DNA of 64,000 nt from Nitrosopumilus sp. (GTDB taxonomy: Archaea > Thermoproteota > Nitrososphaeria > Nitrososphaerales > Nitrosopumilaceae): contig OZ245003.1 of the NCBI GenBank assembly GCA_965223425.1, positions 640,001-704,000 of the forward strand, given 5' to 3'. Below are positions 18,945-29,304 of the stretch, one piece after another (position 1 is the stretch's first letter; each line of letters opens with the position of its first letter). The notes under the pieces were generated by a model, which searched no databases, had not been told where the DNA came from, and saw only the letters and a program-made list of their open reading frames with translations. The position numbers and the translations under genes were made by a program.

Positions 18945-20042
18945 TCAATTTAGTTTTCTAAATATAAACAAGTTTACCCCTTCCCAACCGTAATCCACAA
19001 AGCAGCCTGTCTGGTTTTTGGCAAGAGCCTTTCTGTTGATGCACTCGTTGATGAACTGTAGTGAGCTTACGGCGCCTGTGTTGCCTGTCATTTTCATCAA
19101 ATCATAACTGAGATCAATCCTTTCTTTATCGATTTGACATTTTGCAGAAACATAATCTACGAATCTATTTCCCGCAGTATGTAGTCCCCAGATCTTAATT
19201 CTCTTGAATTCAGACGGCATCTTTTTTTGCAGTATTTTGATATTTTGTGCAGAAAGGTCTGCTACCTGTTCTCTGAGCTTTGTTGGTTGTAGTTTCATAT
19301 CAAAGACTATTCTGTGCTTTTTGTCGGGAGACATCTTTATTGTGGCTTTTTTCACAGAATTTCTTGTGTCCTTTAGGGTAAGGATTGATTTTGAATCAAT
19401 CTGAATCTGTGTATTTTTTGTCTTTTTTTGTGATAGGATTGCAGATGCAGCAGCATCGCTGAAAACTAGAAAATAAATTAAATTGTAAAAATCGGCCCTG
19501 TCCTTTTTTGAGATGTGCCTTATCTGCTTTATTCTGTCTAAAAACCATGGAGTATAATGAGTTCCAATTAAAACAAATGCGTCTTCTTTTTCATTCATGA
19601 GAAAATATCCTGCAGAATTTAGCAGGGATTCTGAAAACGAGGAGCAGGCCAATCCTTGAAAGTTTTGCGCTCTGATGTCTTTTCTAAATGACAGCTTGGG
19701 AATCAGCTCAACTGTAGGCGAAGGATCAAGATATTGCTGATTGTCATTAATTGTAACAAATAGTCCTATTTTGTTGGGATTGATTCCACGAAGTGACTTT
19801 TTTGCAGTATTTACATACATCTCATTAATGCTGATATCTGGTTCGACAAAATCCCCCCTGTCAAAATCAATCTTTGAAAAATCGTATGATTTGTAGATAT
19901 AGTCTATTCCAAGCTCATTTTTTGCATACTCTCTGACATCCTTGTCCAGCTTTTTCTTTAGAAAGTCGTCTACAATCTCTGATATTGAATAACGAAACCT
20001 AGCTTTTGTTACTGCAATGTTTGACAAGTTAACAGATGGCAT
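18945..20042 (-). CDS. Type III PKS / KAS III-like condensing enzyme
   Basis: Cys-His-Asn triad motifs QGLACSS, WGLHTAG, TGNTGAVS; likely ATG at 20042 overlaps the upstream gene end. Confidence 0.75.
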   Translation of the reverse strand: MPSVNLSNIAVTKARFRYSISEIVDDFLKKKLDKDVREYAKNELGIDYIYKSYDFSKIDFDRGDFVEPDISINEMYVNTAKKSLRGINPNKIGLFVTINDNQQYLDPSPTVELIPKLSFRKDIRAQNFQGLACSSFSESLLNSAGYFLMNEKEDAFVLIGTHYTPWFLDRIKQIRHISKKDRADFYNLIYFLVFSDAAASAILSQKKTKNTQIQIDSKSILTLKDTRNSVKKATIKMSPDKKHRIVFDMKLQPTKLREQVADLSAQNIKILQKKMPSEFKRIKIWGLHTAGNRFVDYVSAKCQIDKERIDLSYDLMKMTGNTGAVSSLQFINECINRKALAKNQTGCFVDYGWEGVNLFIFRKLN

Positions 20043-20967
20043 CTTTTTGAAGGCTCTTGAGCAATTTATCAAGCTTCTCAAAAAATTCGTCTGTATACTC
20101 GTATTCAGGAAGATCAAACCCCAAAATTATGGTTTGTAATTTTGAGTTTTCCCCCATTTTGATGATTTTCTCTTTACATTCCTCAACTGAGCCTGAAATT
20201 GTTAGTTCATCAGGCAGTTTATCCCCGACATTTTGAGCAGCATCCATTAATCCGACATTTTGAAAAGCATTCTTTATCCTCTCTACTTCGTACTGGAATC
20301 CCGCCTTTGCAAGTGAGACTGAATAAAACTCATTTGCACCAATGTAGCTAGCTAGTGTAATTTTTGCCTGACTGCTATCATCTGCAAAATAAGTAGGAAT
20401 TACTGACAGAACGTTAAACTCTCCTTTTTTATTCAAAGACTTTCGTGTAGAATTTATCATATCAATGTGGTCTGAAATTTGATCTCTGGGTTTTAGGAAA
20501 AAAATTGCACCATCTGCGTTTTTAGCTGCAAGCTTTGTGGTTTTCTCTCCAACTGCAGCCCAATAAACTGGGCCAGAGTACTTTGTTTTGATAAAACTTG
20601 AATAATCCCTTAGTCTGGAAAGTGGTTTTTTAAATTCCATATTCCACAAATTTTTAACTATTATGGGCGCGCTGGTTCCAATCCCCAAGACAAATTTTCC
20701 ACTCGTCTTTGTTTGAAGTTGATTTGCCGCACCAAGGATGTCCTCTTGTGTTCTTGAAAATACATTGATAATTCCTGTTCCAAGTTTTACATGCTTTACA
20801 CTCTCGCTGATTTTTGACAAGGCATCTAGTGCATCTACTCCAAAAAACTGTGGATGTGTTTCTGGCACGAAAAAACATTCCACTAAATTTTCATCTGCAA
20901 TCCGAGCCGCTCTTTTTATGGAATCCATTGTGGCCCTTATTCCAAGCTCTATTGCAATTTTAGTCAT
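20029..20967 (-). CDS. LLM-class (luciferase-like, flavin/F420-dependent) oxidoreductase
   Basis: PETH..., VKLGTGIINVFSR, GKFVLGIG, WAAVGEK...A..ADG; likely start 20967. Confidence 0.85.
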   Translation of the reverse strand: MTKIAIELGIRATMDSIKRAARIADENLVECFFVPETHPQFFGVDALDALSKISESVKHVKLGTGIINVFSRTQEDILGAANQLQTKTSGKFVLGIGTSAPIIVKNLWNMEFKKPLSRLRDYSSFIKTKYSGPVYWAAVGEKTTKLAAKNADGAIFFLKPRDQISDHIDMINSTRKSLNKKGEFNVLSVIPTYFADDSSQAKITLASYIGANEFYSVSLAKAGFQYEVERIKNAFQNVGLMDAAQNVGDKLPDELTISGSVEECKEKIIKMGENSKLQTIILGFDLPEYEYTDEFFEKLDKLLKSLQKDAIC

Positions 20968-21001
20968 AAGATTCCTTCCAGTTTTCCCCCAGTATAAAAT
21001 C

Positions 21002-22306
21002 TTAGGAAGAGTGGATGTTTGTTCCATCCAAACTTCTTAATACGTCAACAAATGCCTCTGGAAGGGTTGGATGTGCATGAACTGTCTCAATCACATCTTT
21101 TGGTTTTAGTTTTAATTTTACAGCCAATGTAGCTTCTCCAATTATTTCACTTGCATGATCCCCGACAATGATTACCCCTTGCAAAATCCCATTTTCTTCA
21201 AAAACCTTGATGAACCCACGCGTATCTCCGAGGCAATTTGCCTTTGCATTGGCCACTAGTGGAAACTCTTTTGATCTTCCCTCAAATTTTCCAACAATTG
21301 CAACTTCAGGATATGTAAAAACACAAAATGGAACTACAGAATAATCCATCTGCCTTTTTTCTCCCAAAATGTTCTGTGCAGCAGTCTCTCCTTGGTATGA
21401 TGCAACATGTGCAAGCTCGTATTGCCCTGCAATGTCTCCAATTGCGTAAATATTTGATAGACTAGTCTGCATGTACTCATTTACAGTTATTCCATCATCG
21501 TCCCAATCAATTCCCAATTTGTCTAATTCATCAGTGCTATAGTTTGGAACTCTTCCTGTGCTGATTAGAATTTTTTCTGGATTTATTCCATCACCGTTGA
21601 CTGATACCTTGCTGCCATCTATTTTCATTGTAGATTTTGTCATAACAGAAACTCCGTCAAGCTTCATGTATTTCTCAATTGCAGATCCCACCTCCTTTGG
21701 CTGACCTGGCAAAAGAGAGTCTTCCATCTCCACTAGCCAAATTTTACATCCTAATGCATTAAGAATTGCTGCAAACTCACATCCGCTATATCCCCCACCC
21801 ACAATCAAGACTGATTCAGGAAGACTCTCTAAATCAAAAACAGAGTCTGTTGTCACAATCTTTTCAGCAAGAGTCTCTGTTTGAAATTTTTTGGGTTTAC
21901 TGCCAGTGGCCAGTACGATATTTTTTGTTTCTAAAGTTTTATCATTTACAGCAACCTTATTTGGAGACTTTATGGCCGCCTCCCCTTTGACTAATTCGAT
22001 TTCGTATTCTTTGAACAAAAAATCAATTCCTGCTGCAAGCTTTGAGACAGTTGATTTCATTTTTGAGTTGAGAACAGGATAATCAATCTCGATGTTGCTG
22101 TTGATTCCAAATTTTTTTGCAGATTTTGCCTTTCTGACAATACTTCCCATCGAATGGAGGTATTTTGTTGGAATGCAGCCTTTGTGGGTACATGTGCCTC
22201 CTAGGTCGTTTTTCTCAACAACGCAGACCTTTGCTCCTTGCCTTGCTAGGCTTATTGCGCAGACATAGCCTGCAGGTCCGGCACCAATTATTACTGCATC
22301 AAGCAT
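21002..22306 (-). CDS. lpdA: Dihydrolipoyl dehydrogenase (L protein)
   Basis: GAGPAG, GGTCTHKGCIP redox disulfide, HAHPTLPE. Confidence 0.95.
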   Translation of the reverse strand: MLDAVIIGAGPAGYVCAISLARQGAKVCVVEKNDLGGTCTHKGCIPTKYLHSMGSIVRKAKSAKKFGINSNIEIDYPVLNSKMKSTVSKLAAGIDFLFKEYEIELVKGEAAIKSPNKVAVNDKTLETKNIVLATGSKPKKFQTETLAEKIVTTDSVFDLESLPESVLIVGGGYSGCEFAAILNALGCKIWLVEMEDSLLPGQPKEVGSAIEKYMKLDGVSVMTKSTMKIDGSKVSVNGDGINPEKILISTGRVPNYSTDELDKLGIDWDDDGITVNEYMQTSLSNIYAIGDIAGQYELAHVASYQGETAAQNILGEKRQMDYSVVPFCVFTYPEVAIVGKFEGRSKEFPLVANAKANCLGDTRGFIKVFEENGILQGVIIVGDHASEIIGEATLAVKLKLKPKDVIETVHAHPTLPEAFVDVLRSLDGTNIHSS

Positions 22307-22349
22307 GGGTTTGATGACATCTTAGGCTCAATAAATTTTATCAGGATCA

Positions 22350-23072
22350 TCATCTTCTAAACGTCCAATTTTCACTTGAAAACTTCTCATTGGCTAGTTT
22401 CTGGGATGATTCTAATTCATCCTGGGATAACTCGTAAGGGACAAGCTCACATCCAAAAACATCTTTTGCACTGTCTTTTAGAGCATCAGAAACCTGTTCA
22501 AATCTTTTTGAAATACCTGTCACCCTGTTTTTAACATCTGAAATTTTTTTGTCGCTTATTTTTTCTAACGGCACCTTTAACAACGAAAACATCTTTTCCA
22601 CATCTACTTCTAAAAGAACGGTTCCATGTTGCAACAAAGTATCGTTTTTTCTAGTTTGTGCATTTCCACAAACCTTCTTTCCATTTACAGTAACATCATT
22701 TAACGGTGAAAATTTGGCATCATGGCCGAGTTTTTTTAATGTTTGAATAACTATTTCACTTATTTGCTCATAAGATTCCAAAATATTTTGTGGATAGTCC
22801 TTTGTAACAAATGAGTATGTTAATTCCATGTCATGCAACACTGCCCCTCCTCCGGTAATTCTTCTAACCACATCTACATTCTCTTCTTTGCATTTTTTGT
22901 AATCTACTTCTTGTATGCTTTGAAAGTAGCCAATTGAAATGCAAGGATTTGACCATCCATAAATTCTCAAAATGGGCTCTTCGCAGCTGTATAGAAGTAC
23001 TTCATCAACTGCCATGTTCCATGATCCAGTACTGTCCCCCGTCTCTAAAATTCTAATTTTCTCGAATTTCAT
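22350..23072 (-). CDS. Lipoate-protein ligase catalytic domain (LplA-N/LipM-like)
   Basis: NMAVDE, VVRRITGGGAVLHD, NDVTVNGKKVCGNAQ, LQHGT. Confidence 0.92.
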   Translation of the reverse strand: MKFEKIRILETGDSTGSWNMAVDEVLLYSCEEPILRIYGWSNPCISIGYFQSIQEVDYKKCKEENVDVVRRITGGGAVLHDMELTYSFVTKDYPQNILESYEQISEIVIQTLKKLGHDAKFSPLNDVTVNGKKVCGNAQTRKNDTLLQHGTVLLEVDVEKMFSLLKVPLEKISDKKISDVKNRVTGISKRFEQVSDALKDSAKDVFGCELVPYELSQDELESSQKLANEKFSSENWTFRR

Positions 23073-23073
23073 T

Positions 23074-23367
23074 TCACTCACCTCCAAGTATGACATCAAC
23101 TAGCGAGTCTACGTCAAATCCAAAAACTTGTGAATCGTTTAAAACAGATTGAATCTTGTTTTTCAAGTCTCCTTTCTCTAATTTAACACCGCAAAGCTCT
23201 TTCTCTAGATGCTCGATTGACTCCTCAGGGTGGATGAAAAAGTCCCCTGTTATCTTGATTGACTGAATTAGTTTTGATTCTTTATTGTAGGCAATATCGA
23301 TTTCTACCATTTTGCCTAGCTTTGCAGATGTTTTGAGACTGACTATCTCGTCATGGCTGGAACTCAA
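23074..23367 (-). CDS. Lipoate-protein ligase C-terminal domain protein (LplB-like)
   Basis: IQSIKITGDFFIHPEESIEHLE..L.G. Confidence 0.85.
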   Translation of the reverse strand: MSSSHDEIVSLKTSAKLGKMVEIDIAYNKESKLIQSIKITGDFFIHPEESIEHLEKELCGVKLEKGDLKNKIQSVLNDSQVFGFDVDSLVDVILGGE

Positions 23368-23368
23368 C

Positions 23369-24781
23369 TTATGATTCTCTAGGCACCCATCTTAGGTTTA
23401 ATTCACGTGCTGCCTTTACCTCATCTAGCCTTCCTGGGGTTGTATGAGGGGCATTTGTGACTAGTTCCGGGTCTTCTTTGAGCTCCTTGATGATAGTTTT
23501 GAGAATATTGGCAAACTTGTCTAGCGTCTCTTTGCTTTCTGTCTCTGTAGGCTCTATCATCAAGGCCTCCTTTACAATTAGGGGAAAGTAAATTGTTGGA
23601 GCATGAAAGCCATGATCTGTAATTCTTTTTGCAATGTTTGCAGCACTCTTTTCACCAAAGTTTTTTGCAGACAGAACAAATTCATGGGCACACCTTCTGT
23701 CATATGGTATGTCAAAATCTTCTTTTAGCAAGCTGAACAGATAATTGGCATTCAGAACCGCTATTTGTGATATTTTTTGAATGTTTGTGCCACAAGATTT
23801 TATGTATGATAGTGCACGAACAACAATTCCAAAATTTCCATAAAACGAATGCATCTTACCTACACTCTTTTCCTTATTGTTTTCAAAAGAAAACTGTTCG
23901 TTGTCTTTTTTAATTCTAGGCACTGGCAAATAATCCTCAAGAAACGAACGCACCCCCAAAGCTCCCCCGCCGGGTCCCCCACCACCATGCGGTGTTGAAA
24001 ATGTCTTATGCAAATTAAGATGGATCATGTCAAATCCTTGCTCAGCTGGCTTGCTAATTCCTAAAATTGCATTCATGTTTGCACCATCACAGTACATCAA
24101 TGCACCGTTTTCCTTTGCAACCTTTTGAATCTCTGACAAGCTCTCTTCATACAATCCCAGTGTGTTTGGATTTGTAATCATTACAACGGCAACATCTCTT
24201 CCTATCTTTTTTTTAAATTCATTGATATCCATGTTTCCACGATCATCTGTTGGAATTGTTATTGTTTGAAATTTGCACATCGCTGCAGTTGCAGGATTTG
24301 TCCCATGAGCAGAATCCGGAATAATAATCTTAGTTCTGTTTTCGTTTCTTTCTGCAAAATATTTCTTGGCAATCATCACTCCAAGTAATTCACATTGTGA
24401 TCCCGCAGCTGGTTGCAAAGAAACTGCATCCATGCCAGTGATCTCTTTTAGACACTCTTCTAGTTCCCAAATCACTTGTAGTGCTCCTTGAGCATGGCTA
24501 GTGGGCATGTGGGGATGCAGGCCTGAGAATCCCGGCAACCTGGCAATATCCTCGTTGACTCTGGGATTGTATTTCATAGTACATGAGCCTAGAGGATAGA
24601 AATTTGTGTCAATTCCGTAATTTTTCTTTGATAGTTCGGTGTAGTGTCTTATGATTTGAATCTCATTTACATCAGATAGTGGAAGAGAGTCTCTTCTTAG
24701 TTCTTCGGGCAGATCTACGTCCATCTCATCGCATGGGATGTGTTTGGAGTTTGATTGATAATAGTCAAAAATCAGTATCAT
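23369..24781 (-). CDS. gcvPB: Glycine dehydrogenase subunit 2
   Basis: YPLGSCTMKYNP, SAHGTNPA, HLNLHKTFSTPHGGGGPG, IEPTETE. Confidence 0.97.
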   Translation of the reverse strand: MILIFDYYQSNSKHIPCDEMDVDLPEELRRDSLPLSDVNEIQIIRHYTELSKKNYGIDTNFYPLGSCTMKYNPRVNEDIARLPGFSGLHPHMPTSHAQGALQVIWELEECLKEITGMDAVSLQPAAGSQCELLGVMIAKKYFAERNENRTKIIIPDSAHGTNPATAAMCKFQTITIPTDDRGNMDINEFKKKIGRDVAVVMITNPNTLGLYEESLSEIQKVAKENGALMYCDGANMNAILGISKPAEQGFDMIHLNLHKTFSTPHGGGGPGGGALGVRSFLEDYLPVPRIKKDNEQFSFENNKEKSVGKMHSFYGNFGIVVRALSYIKSCGTNIQKISQIAVLNANYLFSLLKEDFDIPYDRRCAHEFVLSAKNFGEKSAANIAKRITDHGFHAPTIYFPLIVKEALMIEPTETESKETLDKFANILKTIIKELKEDPELVTNAPHTTPGRLDEVKAARELNLRWVPRES

Positions 24782-26031
24782 TTGCTCACCGCCGAAACAT
24801 ACGAGTCAATGTCTTGAAGCGAGTTTTTTTCTGTGCAACAAATCAATAGTTTGTTGCCTCCAACATCTATGCCTCCAAAAATATTCTCTTCTAACAGGTC
24901 GTCAATAATTTTTTGAGTTGATTTTGGCGCTTTAACTAAAAACTCGTTATAAAATGGATCTGAGTTAAGAGATTCAAAGCCGTTTTTTCTTAACTTCTCA
25001 TTTAGGATATGTGCTCTGTTGTATGATGCTTTTGCTACATTTTGAAGCCCTAATTTTCCAACTGATGCTAAATAAATTGTTGCAGTCAAAGCCAAAAGCG
25101 TTTGATTGGTTGTAATGTTGCTTGTGGCACGCTCTCTTCTGATAAATTGCTCTCTTGCCTGCAATGTTAATACAAATCCTTCATTGCCTTGGTTGTCTGT
25201 TGTCATTCCCACAATTCTTCCAGGCAGTTTTTTTGTCAAAAATTGTTTTACTGCAATGAATCCCAGATATGGCCCTCCAAAACTTTTTGGAATGCCAAAC
25301 GACTGTCCCTCCCCCGCCACAATATCTGCACCAAACTCTCCGGGTGTTTTAAGAATTGCCAAGGATGTAGGATCAGATATGCAATTAATGAAAAGTGAGC
25401 CGTTTTGATGCGCTTTTTCAATCAGACTTTGTGGATTTTTTATATTGCCAAAAAAGTCTGGTGTCTGTGAAATCACACATGCAGTGTTTTCATCAACTGT
25501 ATTTGTAATTTCAAGCTCTGTCCCATCACAGTATGTCTGAAGAACTTTGAGATATGATGGATTGAGTCCATCGTCGGCATAAACTCCTTTTCTTTTTGTA
25601 TGTGCACTTGACAGCAGCGCAGCCTCTGCCAAGGCTGAGGCTCCATCATAAAGGGATGCATTTGAGACATCCATGCCTGTAAGCAGGCACACAAATGACT
25701 GAAATTCGTATAAAATTTGCAAAATTCCTTGGCTGGCCTCTGGTTGGTAGGGCGTGTATGAAGTAAGAAGTTCCCCCCTTGAAACAAGATGGTTGATAAC
25801 AGCTGGAACAAAGTGATCATAAGAGCCTCCTCCTGCAAAGTATCTTAGTTGGGAATTTTTTTCTGATAGCGATGTCATGTAAGAAACCAGTTCCATTTCA
25901 CTTAACGGATCATCTAGCTTTAATTCCGAAAGTCTTGGCTTAAACTCAGAGATTAGCTCATCTAATGTTGGGCAACCAACAACTGAAAGCATTTTAGAAA
26001 TGTGCTCATCTGTGTGCGGGATAAAATCCAT
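24778..26031 (-). CDS. gcvPA: Glycine dehydrogenase subunit 1
   Basis: TSYTPYQPEASQG, NASLYDG, LQAREQFIRRERATSNI. Confidence 0.97.
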   Translation of the reverse strand: MDFIPHTDEHISKMLSVVGCPTLDELISEFKPRLSELKLDDPLSEMELVSYMTSLSEKNSQLRYFAGGGSYDHFVPAVINHLVSRGELLTSYTPYQPEASQGILQILYEFQSFVCLLTGMDVSNASLYDGASALAEAALLSSAHTKRKGVYADDGLNPSYLKVLQTYCDGTELEITNTVDENTACVISQTPDFFGNIKNPQSLIEKAHQNGSLFINCISDPTSLAILKTPGEFGADIVAGEGQSFGIPKSFGGPYLGFIAVKQFLTKKLPGRIVGMTTDNQGNEGFVLTLQAREQFIRRERATSNITTNQTLLALTATIYLASVGKLGLQNVAKASYNRAHILNEKLRKNGFESLNSDPFYNEFLVKAPKSTQKIIDDLLEENIFGGIDVGGNKLLICCTEKNSLQDIDSYVSAVSK

Positions 26032-26034
26032 TGA

Positions 26035-26415
26035 TTATTCCTTGTTTTGGCCTACTATTTCATCATATTGTTCCTTGGAAAGTAAAGAGTCTATTTGTTC
26101 AGGACTGTCTGGTTTCATTTTTACAATCCAGCCTTCTTCGTATGGCGACTGGTTGATTAATTCTGGATGCTCTGATAGTTTATCATTAGTTTCAATCACT
26201 TCCCCGTCCACGGGGCAATAAATGTCAGAAGATGCTTTGACCGAGTCCATTATTGCCATTACGTCATTTTGTTTGAATGCGGTGGGGACTTGAGGCAACT
26301 CAATGGAAACAATATCTCCTAATTGCTCTTGAGCAAACTCTGTAATTCCAACAATTATGACTTGATCGCTTTTTTCAACCCATTCATGTTCTTTAGTAAA
26401 TTTTCTTTCTGCCAC
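26035..26415 (-). CDS. gcvH: Glycine cleavage system H protein
   Basis: HEW, GITEFAQEQLGDIV, lipoyl-Lys in DSVKA, INQSPYEEGW. Confidence 0.97.
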   Translation of the reverse strand: MAERKFTKEHEWVEKSDQVIIVGITEFAQEQLGDIVSIELPQVPTAFKQNDVMAIMDSVKASSDIYCPVDGEVIETNDKLSEHPELINQSPYEEGWIVKMKPDSPEQIDSLLSKEQYDEIVGQNKE

Positions 26416-26452
26416 GGGAACCTCTGAAATAATCTCTTTAAAAAAAGTTGTT

Positions 26453-27508
26453 TTATCTTTTGTAAAACCTGGTGGATGTTAATTTGCTCTCATAGAATTT
26501 ATCGCCAATGCCGATCCTGATTTCTCCATCTAATGGGAATTCTACAGGTACAAAACAATATCCGATTGGTTTGCCAAGTGTAGGGGAAAAACCACCTGAT
26601 GTGACAACCCCAATCCCGTTTTCCTCGTTGTAAACCTTGTTATTTTTTCTTGCAACTCGTTTTGTTTCAGTAATTTCAAAACCCCTCATTTTCCTTTCTA
26701 CTTTCTTCTGCTCTAGGGCCGCCTTTCCGATAAACTCTGTTTCAAATTTGACTGCCCATTTTAGAGGCGCCTCAAGAGGTGTGACTGTATCATCAATGTC
26801 ATTGCCATAAAGCATCATTCCTGCCTCCAGTCTTAGCGAGTCGCGAGCCCCCAAACCGATGGGCTTTATTCCATATTTTGAGCCTATTTCAAGTAATTTT
26901 CCCCAAACTTGTACTTGTTTTGAATCAAAAAACAACTCAAATCCATCCTCACCTGTGTACCCAGTTCTTGAAATAGCGCAATTAACACCATCAAGTTTTG
27001 CTTCAAGTAAATGAAATGACTTTAGATTTTCTATATTTTCAATTCCTGCATCTTTTAGGATGTTCTCAGCTTTGGGACCCTGAAGTGCAAGCAGCGCATA
27101 ATCATCAGTAACATTTTGAACTTTACATGATTTTGCATTATCTGTAATCCACTGAAAATCTTTTTGGATGTTTGATGAGTTTACAACGATTATGAATTCA
27201 TTTGAATTTATTTTGCTAACTATGACATCATCTACAATCCCCCCGTCCTCGTTGCACATTGGGGAGTAAACACAGCAATTATCGCTAATCTTTGAAATAT
27301 CGTTTGTAATCAAATTTTGAATCTGTGATTCTGCATCTCCGGTGATCTTAACTCTGCCCATATGAGACACATCAAACAGCCCAACATTTTCCCTGACACA
27401 TTTGTGTTCATCAATTATTCCAGAATACTGCAATGGCATCTCCCATCCGTGAAAGTCAACCATTTTAGCTTTTGATTCTAAATGATTCTTAAAAAACGGT
27501 GATCGCAT
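26453..27508 (-). CDS. gcvT: Glycine cleavage system T protein
   Basis: GWEMPLQY, LFDVSHMG, SRTGYTGEDGFE, GLGARDSLRLEAG. Confidence 0.97.
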   Translation of the reverse strand: MRSPFFKNHLESKAKMVDFHGWEMPLQYSGIIDEHKCVRENVGLFDVSHMGRVKITGDAESQIQNLITNDISKISDNCCVYSPMCNEDGGIVDDVIVSKINSNEFIIVVNSSNIQKDFQWITDNAKSCKVQNVTDDYALLALQGPKAENILKDAGIENIENLKSFHLLEAKLDGVNCAISRTGYTGEDGFELFFDSKQVQVWGKLLEIGSKYGIKPIGLGARDSLRLEAGMMLYGNDIDDTVTPLEAPLKWAVKFETEFIGKAALEQKKVERKMRGFEITETKRVARKNNKVYNEENGIGVVTSGGFSPTLGKPIGYCFVPVEFPLDGEIRIGIGDKFYESKLTSTRFYKR

Positions 27509-27535
27509 GTAAAGTAAAATGTTTTTATTCGTTAT

Positions 27536-28414
27536 ATGTTCATTGAACCGATGAGCTTAATTCGACCAGATTGGCTGAAGATGAAAATTCCTTCAGGTGA
27601 AAGCTATGTCAAAGTAAGAAGGACTTTGCAAAAATATAACTTGCATACTGTTTGTGAGGAGGCCTCCTGCCCTAACGTCTCTGAGTGCTGGGGCGTTGGA
27701 ACCGCAACGCTGATGATCATGGGCGATACTTGCTCACGTGGATGTAAGTTTTGTAATGTTGATACTGGAAAGCCCTTGGAGTTAGACCAAAATGAGCCTA
27801 AAAATGTGGCCAAGGCAGTTAAAGACTGGAATCTTCGCTATGTGGTAATCACGTCTGTCTGCAGGGATGATCTTCCTGATGAAGGTTCTGAGCATTTTGC
27901 AAAAACCATCCAGCACATCAAATCTGGATGTCCAAATACAATAGTAGAGTCATTGATTCCTGATTTTAGTGGAAACGACAAGTTTCTCAAAGAAATAGTC
28001 AAAGCAAAACCAGATGTAATAGGGCACAATGTTGAGACTGTCAAACGACTTGGTCCATCTGTTAGAGATCCTCGTGCAAACTACAAACAGTCGTTGAAGG
28101 TTTTAAAAGATGTAAAAGAATTTGATTCCAGTATTTTTACAAAATCTTCTTTGATGCTGGGATTAGGCGAGTCCGAAGAGGAGATAATTCAAGCAGCACA
28201 AGAACTTAGAGATGTCAATGTTGATATGATCACTCTTGGCCAGTACTTGCAGCCATCCCAACTGCATCTTCCAGTAAAAGAGTTTGTGACACCAGAAAAA
28301 TTTTATCAATTAAAGACTGATTTGAAAAGATTGGGATTCCTGCATGTGGAGTCTGGTCCATTTGTTAGAAGCTCATTTCGGGCATCAGATGTGATTGAAC
28401 TAATTACTAGATAG
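27536..28414 (+). CDS. lipA: Lipoyl synthase
   Basis: CEEASCPNVSEC and CSRGCKFC clusters, VRSS motif. Confidence 0.97.
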   Translation: MFIEPMSLIRPDWLKMKIPSGESYVKVRRTLQKYNLHTVCEEASCPNVSECWGVGTATLMIMGDTCSRGCKFCNVDTGKPLELDQNEPKNVAKAVKDWNLRYVVITSVCRDDLPDEGSEHFAKTIQHIKSGCPNTIVESLIPDFSGNDKFLKEIVKAKPDVIGHNVETVKRLGPSVRDPRANYKQSLKVLKDVKEFDSSIFTKSSLMLGLGESEEEIIQAAQELRDVNVDMITLGQYLQPSQLHLPVKEFVTPEKFYQLKTDLKRLGFLHVESGPFVRSSFRASDVIELITR

Positions 28415-28437
28415 GATCCTAAATTATTTTTCTAGGT

Positions 28438-29304
28438 TCATGCAGGTGTGTAATCTTTTGCCTGTCCGGCAACTGCTCTTGCTTGGGAATCTGCTTTTTG
28501 CAAAATCTGCTCTTTTGTTTCGTCAGTCATAAAGCCTGATTCGACTGATACAGAACGTGCAGATTGTGCTGCCTTGCTGAGTATTTGTGGAATGTTCTCT
28601 GGTGTGACATATGCTGCTTCAATAGACAGTGAAACTGCTTCTTGATGTGCCTGTGCAAACTCGTTTCTGATCTTCTCGATATCAATTATCATCTCTTCCT
28701 GAGCATACTTGAGCCCACCTTCTAATGCCGTGTAAAGTGTAATTCCTGCTTCTACAGGTTTGATGTCTAATTTACCTAGAATTACTGCTAATTTTTCATC
28801 GATGGCTTCTCCTTTTAGTACTGGCGTGCTATCCTTTGCAATCCAAATTGTTCCCTGATCAATTTTAGTTGGAATTCCTGCTTCTTTGAATTCAGTAAGC
28901 ATTGGCCCTGGCGCAATTCCTGTGTTTTTTGCAGGTACTACAATGTCCACACTTGCAATGTCTCCTCCTCTTGCAGCCATCATGATCTTATTTTTGGCCA
29001 GAAGAACATTTAGCTTGAATGGTGACATGTTCGTAAACATGAACATGCATTGTCCTTTGAGCTCTCCAACCATGTTCTTGATTCCTGGCACGTCAGTTCC
29101 CTCCAGTGCCTTTTGGGCAATTTTGTCTTTGATACTTACAAATTCGACATCATCCTTGAGAGTTTTTCTTAACGGCAATATCTGTGTGGAACGTACTTTG
29201 CTCATTTTGATTATTGCTAGAACTTTGTATTTTTTTGGCAGTTCTTGTAATTGTTGATACATCTGAGCTTTTCTTTTAGGATAGGATGTTCTGTTTTCAT
29301 GCAT
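28438..29304 (-). CDS. rpl10: 50S ribosomal protein L10 (P0)
   Basis: ARGGDIA...NTGIAPGP P0 motifs; follows L1. Confidence 0.95.
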   Translation of the reverse strand: MHENRTSYPKRKAQMYQQLQELPKKYKVLAIIKMSKVRSTQILPLRKTLKDDVEFVSIKDKIAQKALEGTDVPGIKNMVGELKGQCMFMFTNMSPFKLNVLLAKNKIMMAARGGDIASVDIVVPAKNTGIAPGPMLTEFKEAGIPTKIDQGTIWIAKDSTPVLKGEAIDEKLAVILGKLDIKPVEAGITLYTALEGGLKYAQEEMIIDIEKIRNEFAQAHQEAVSLSIEAAYVTPENIPQILSKAAQSARSVSVESGFMTDETKEQILQKADSQARAVAGQAKDYTPA

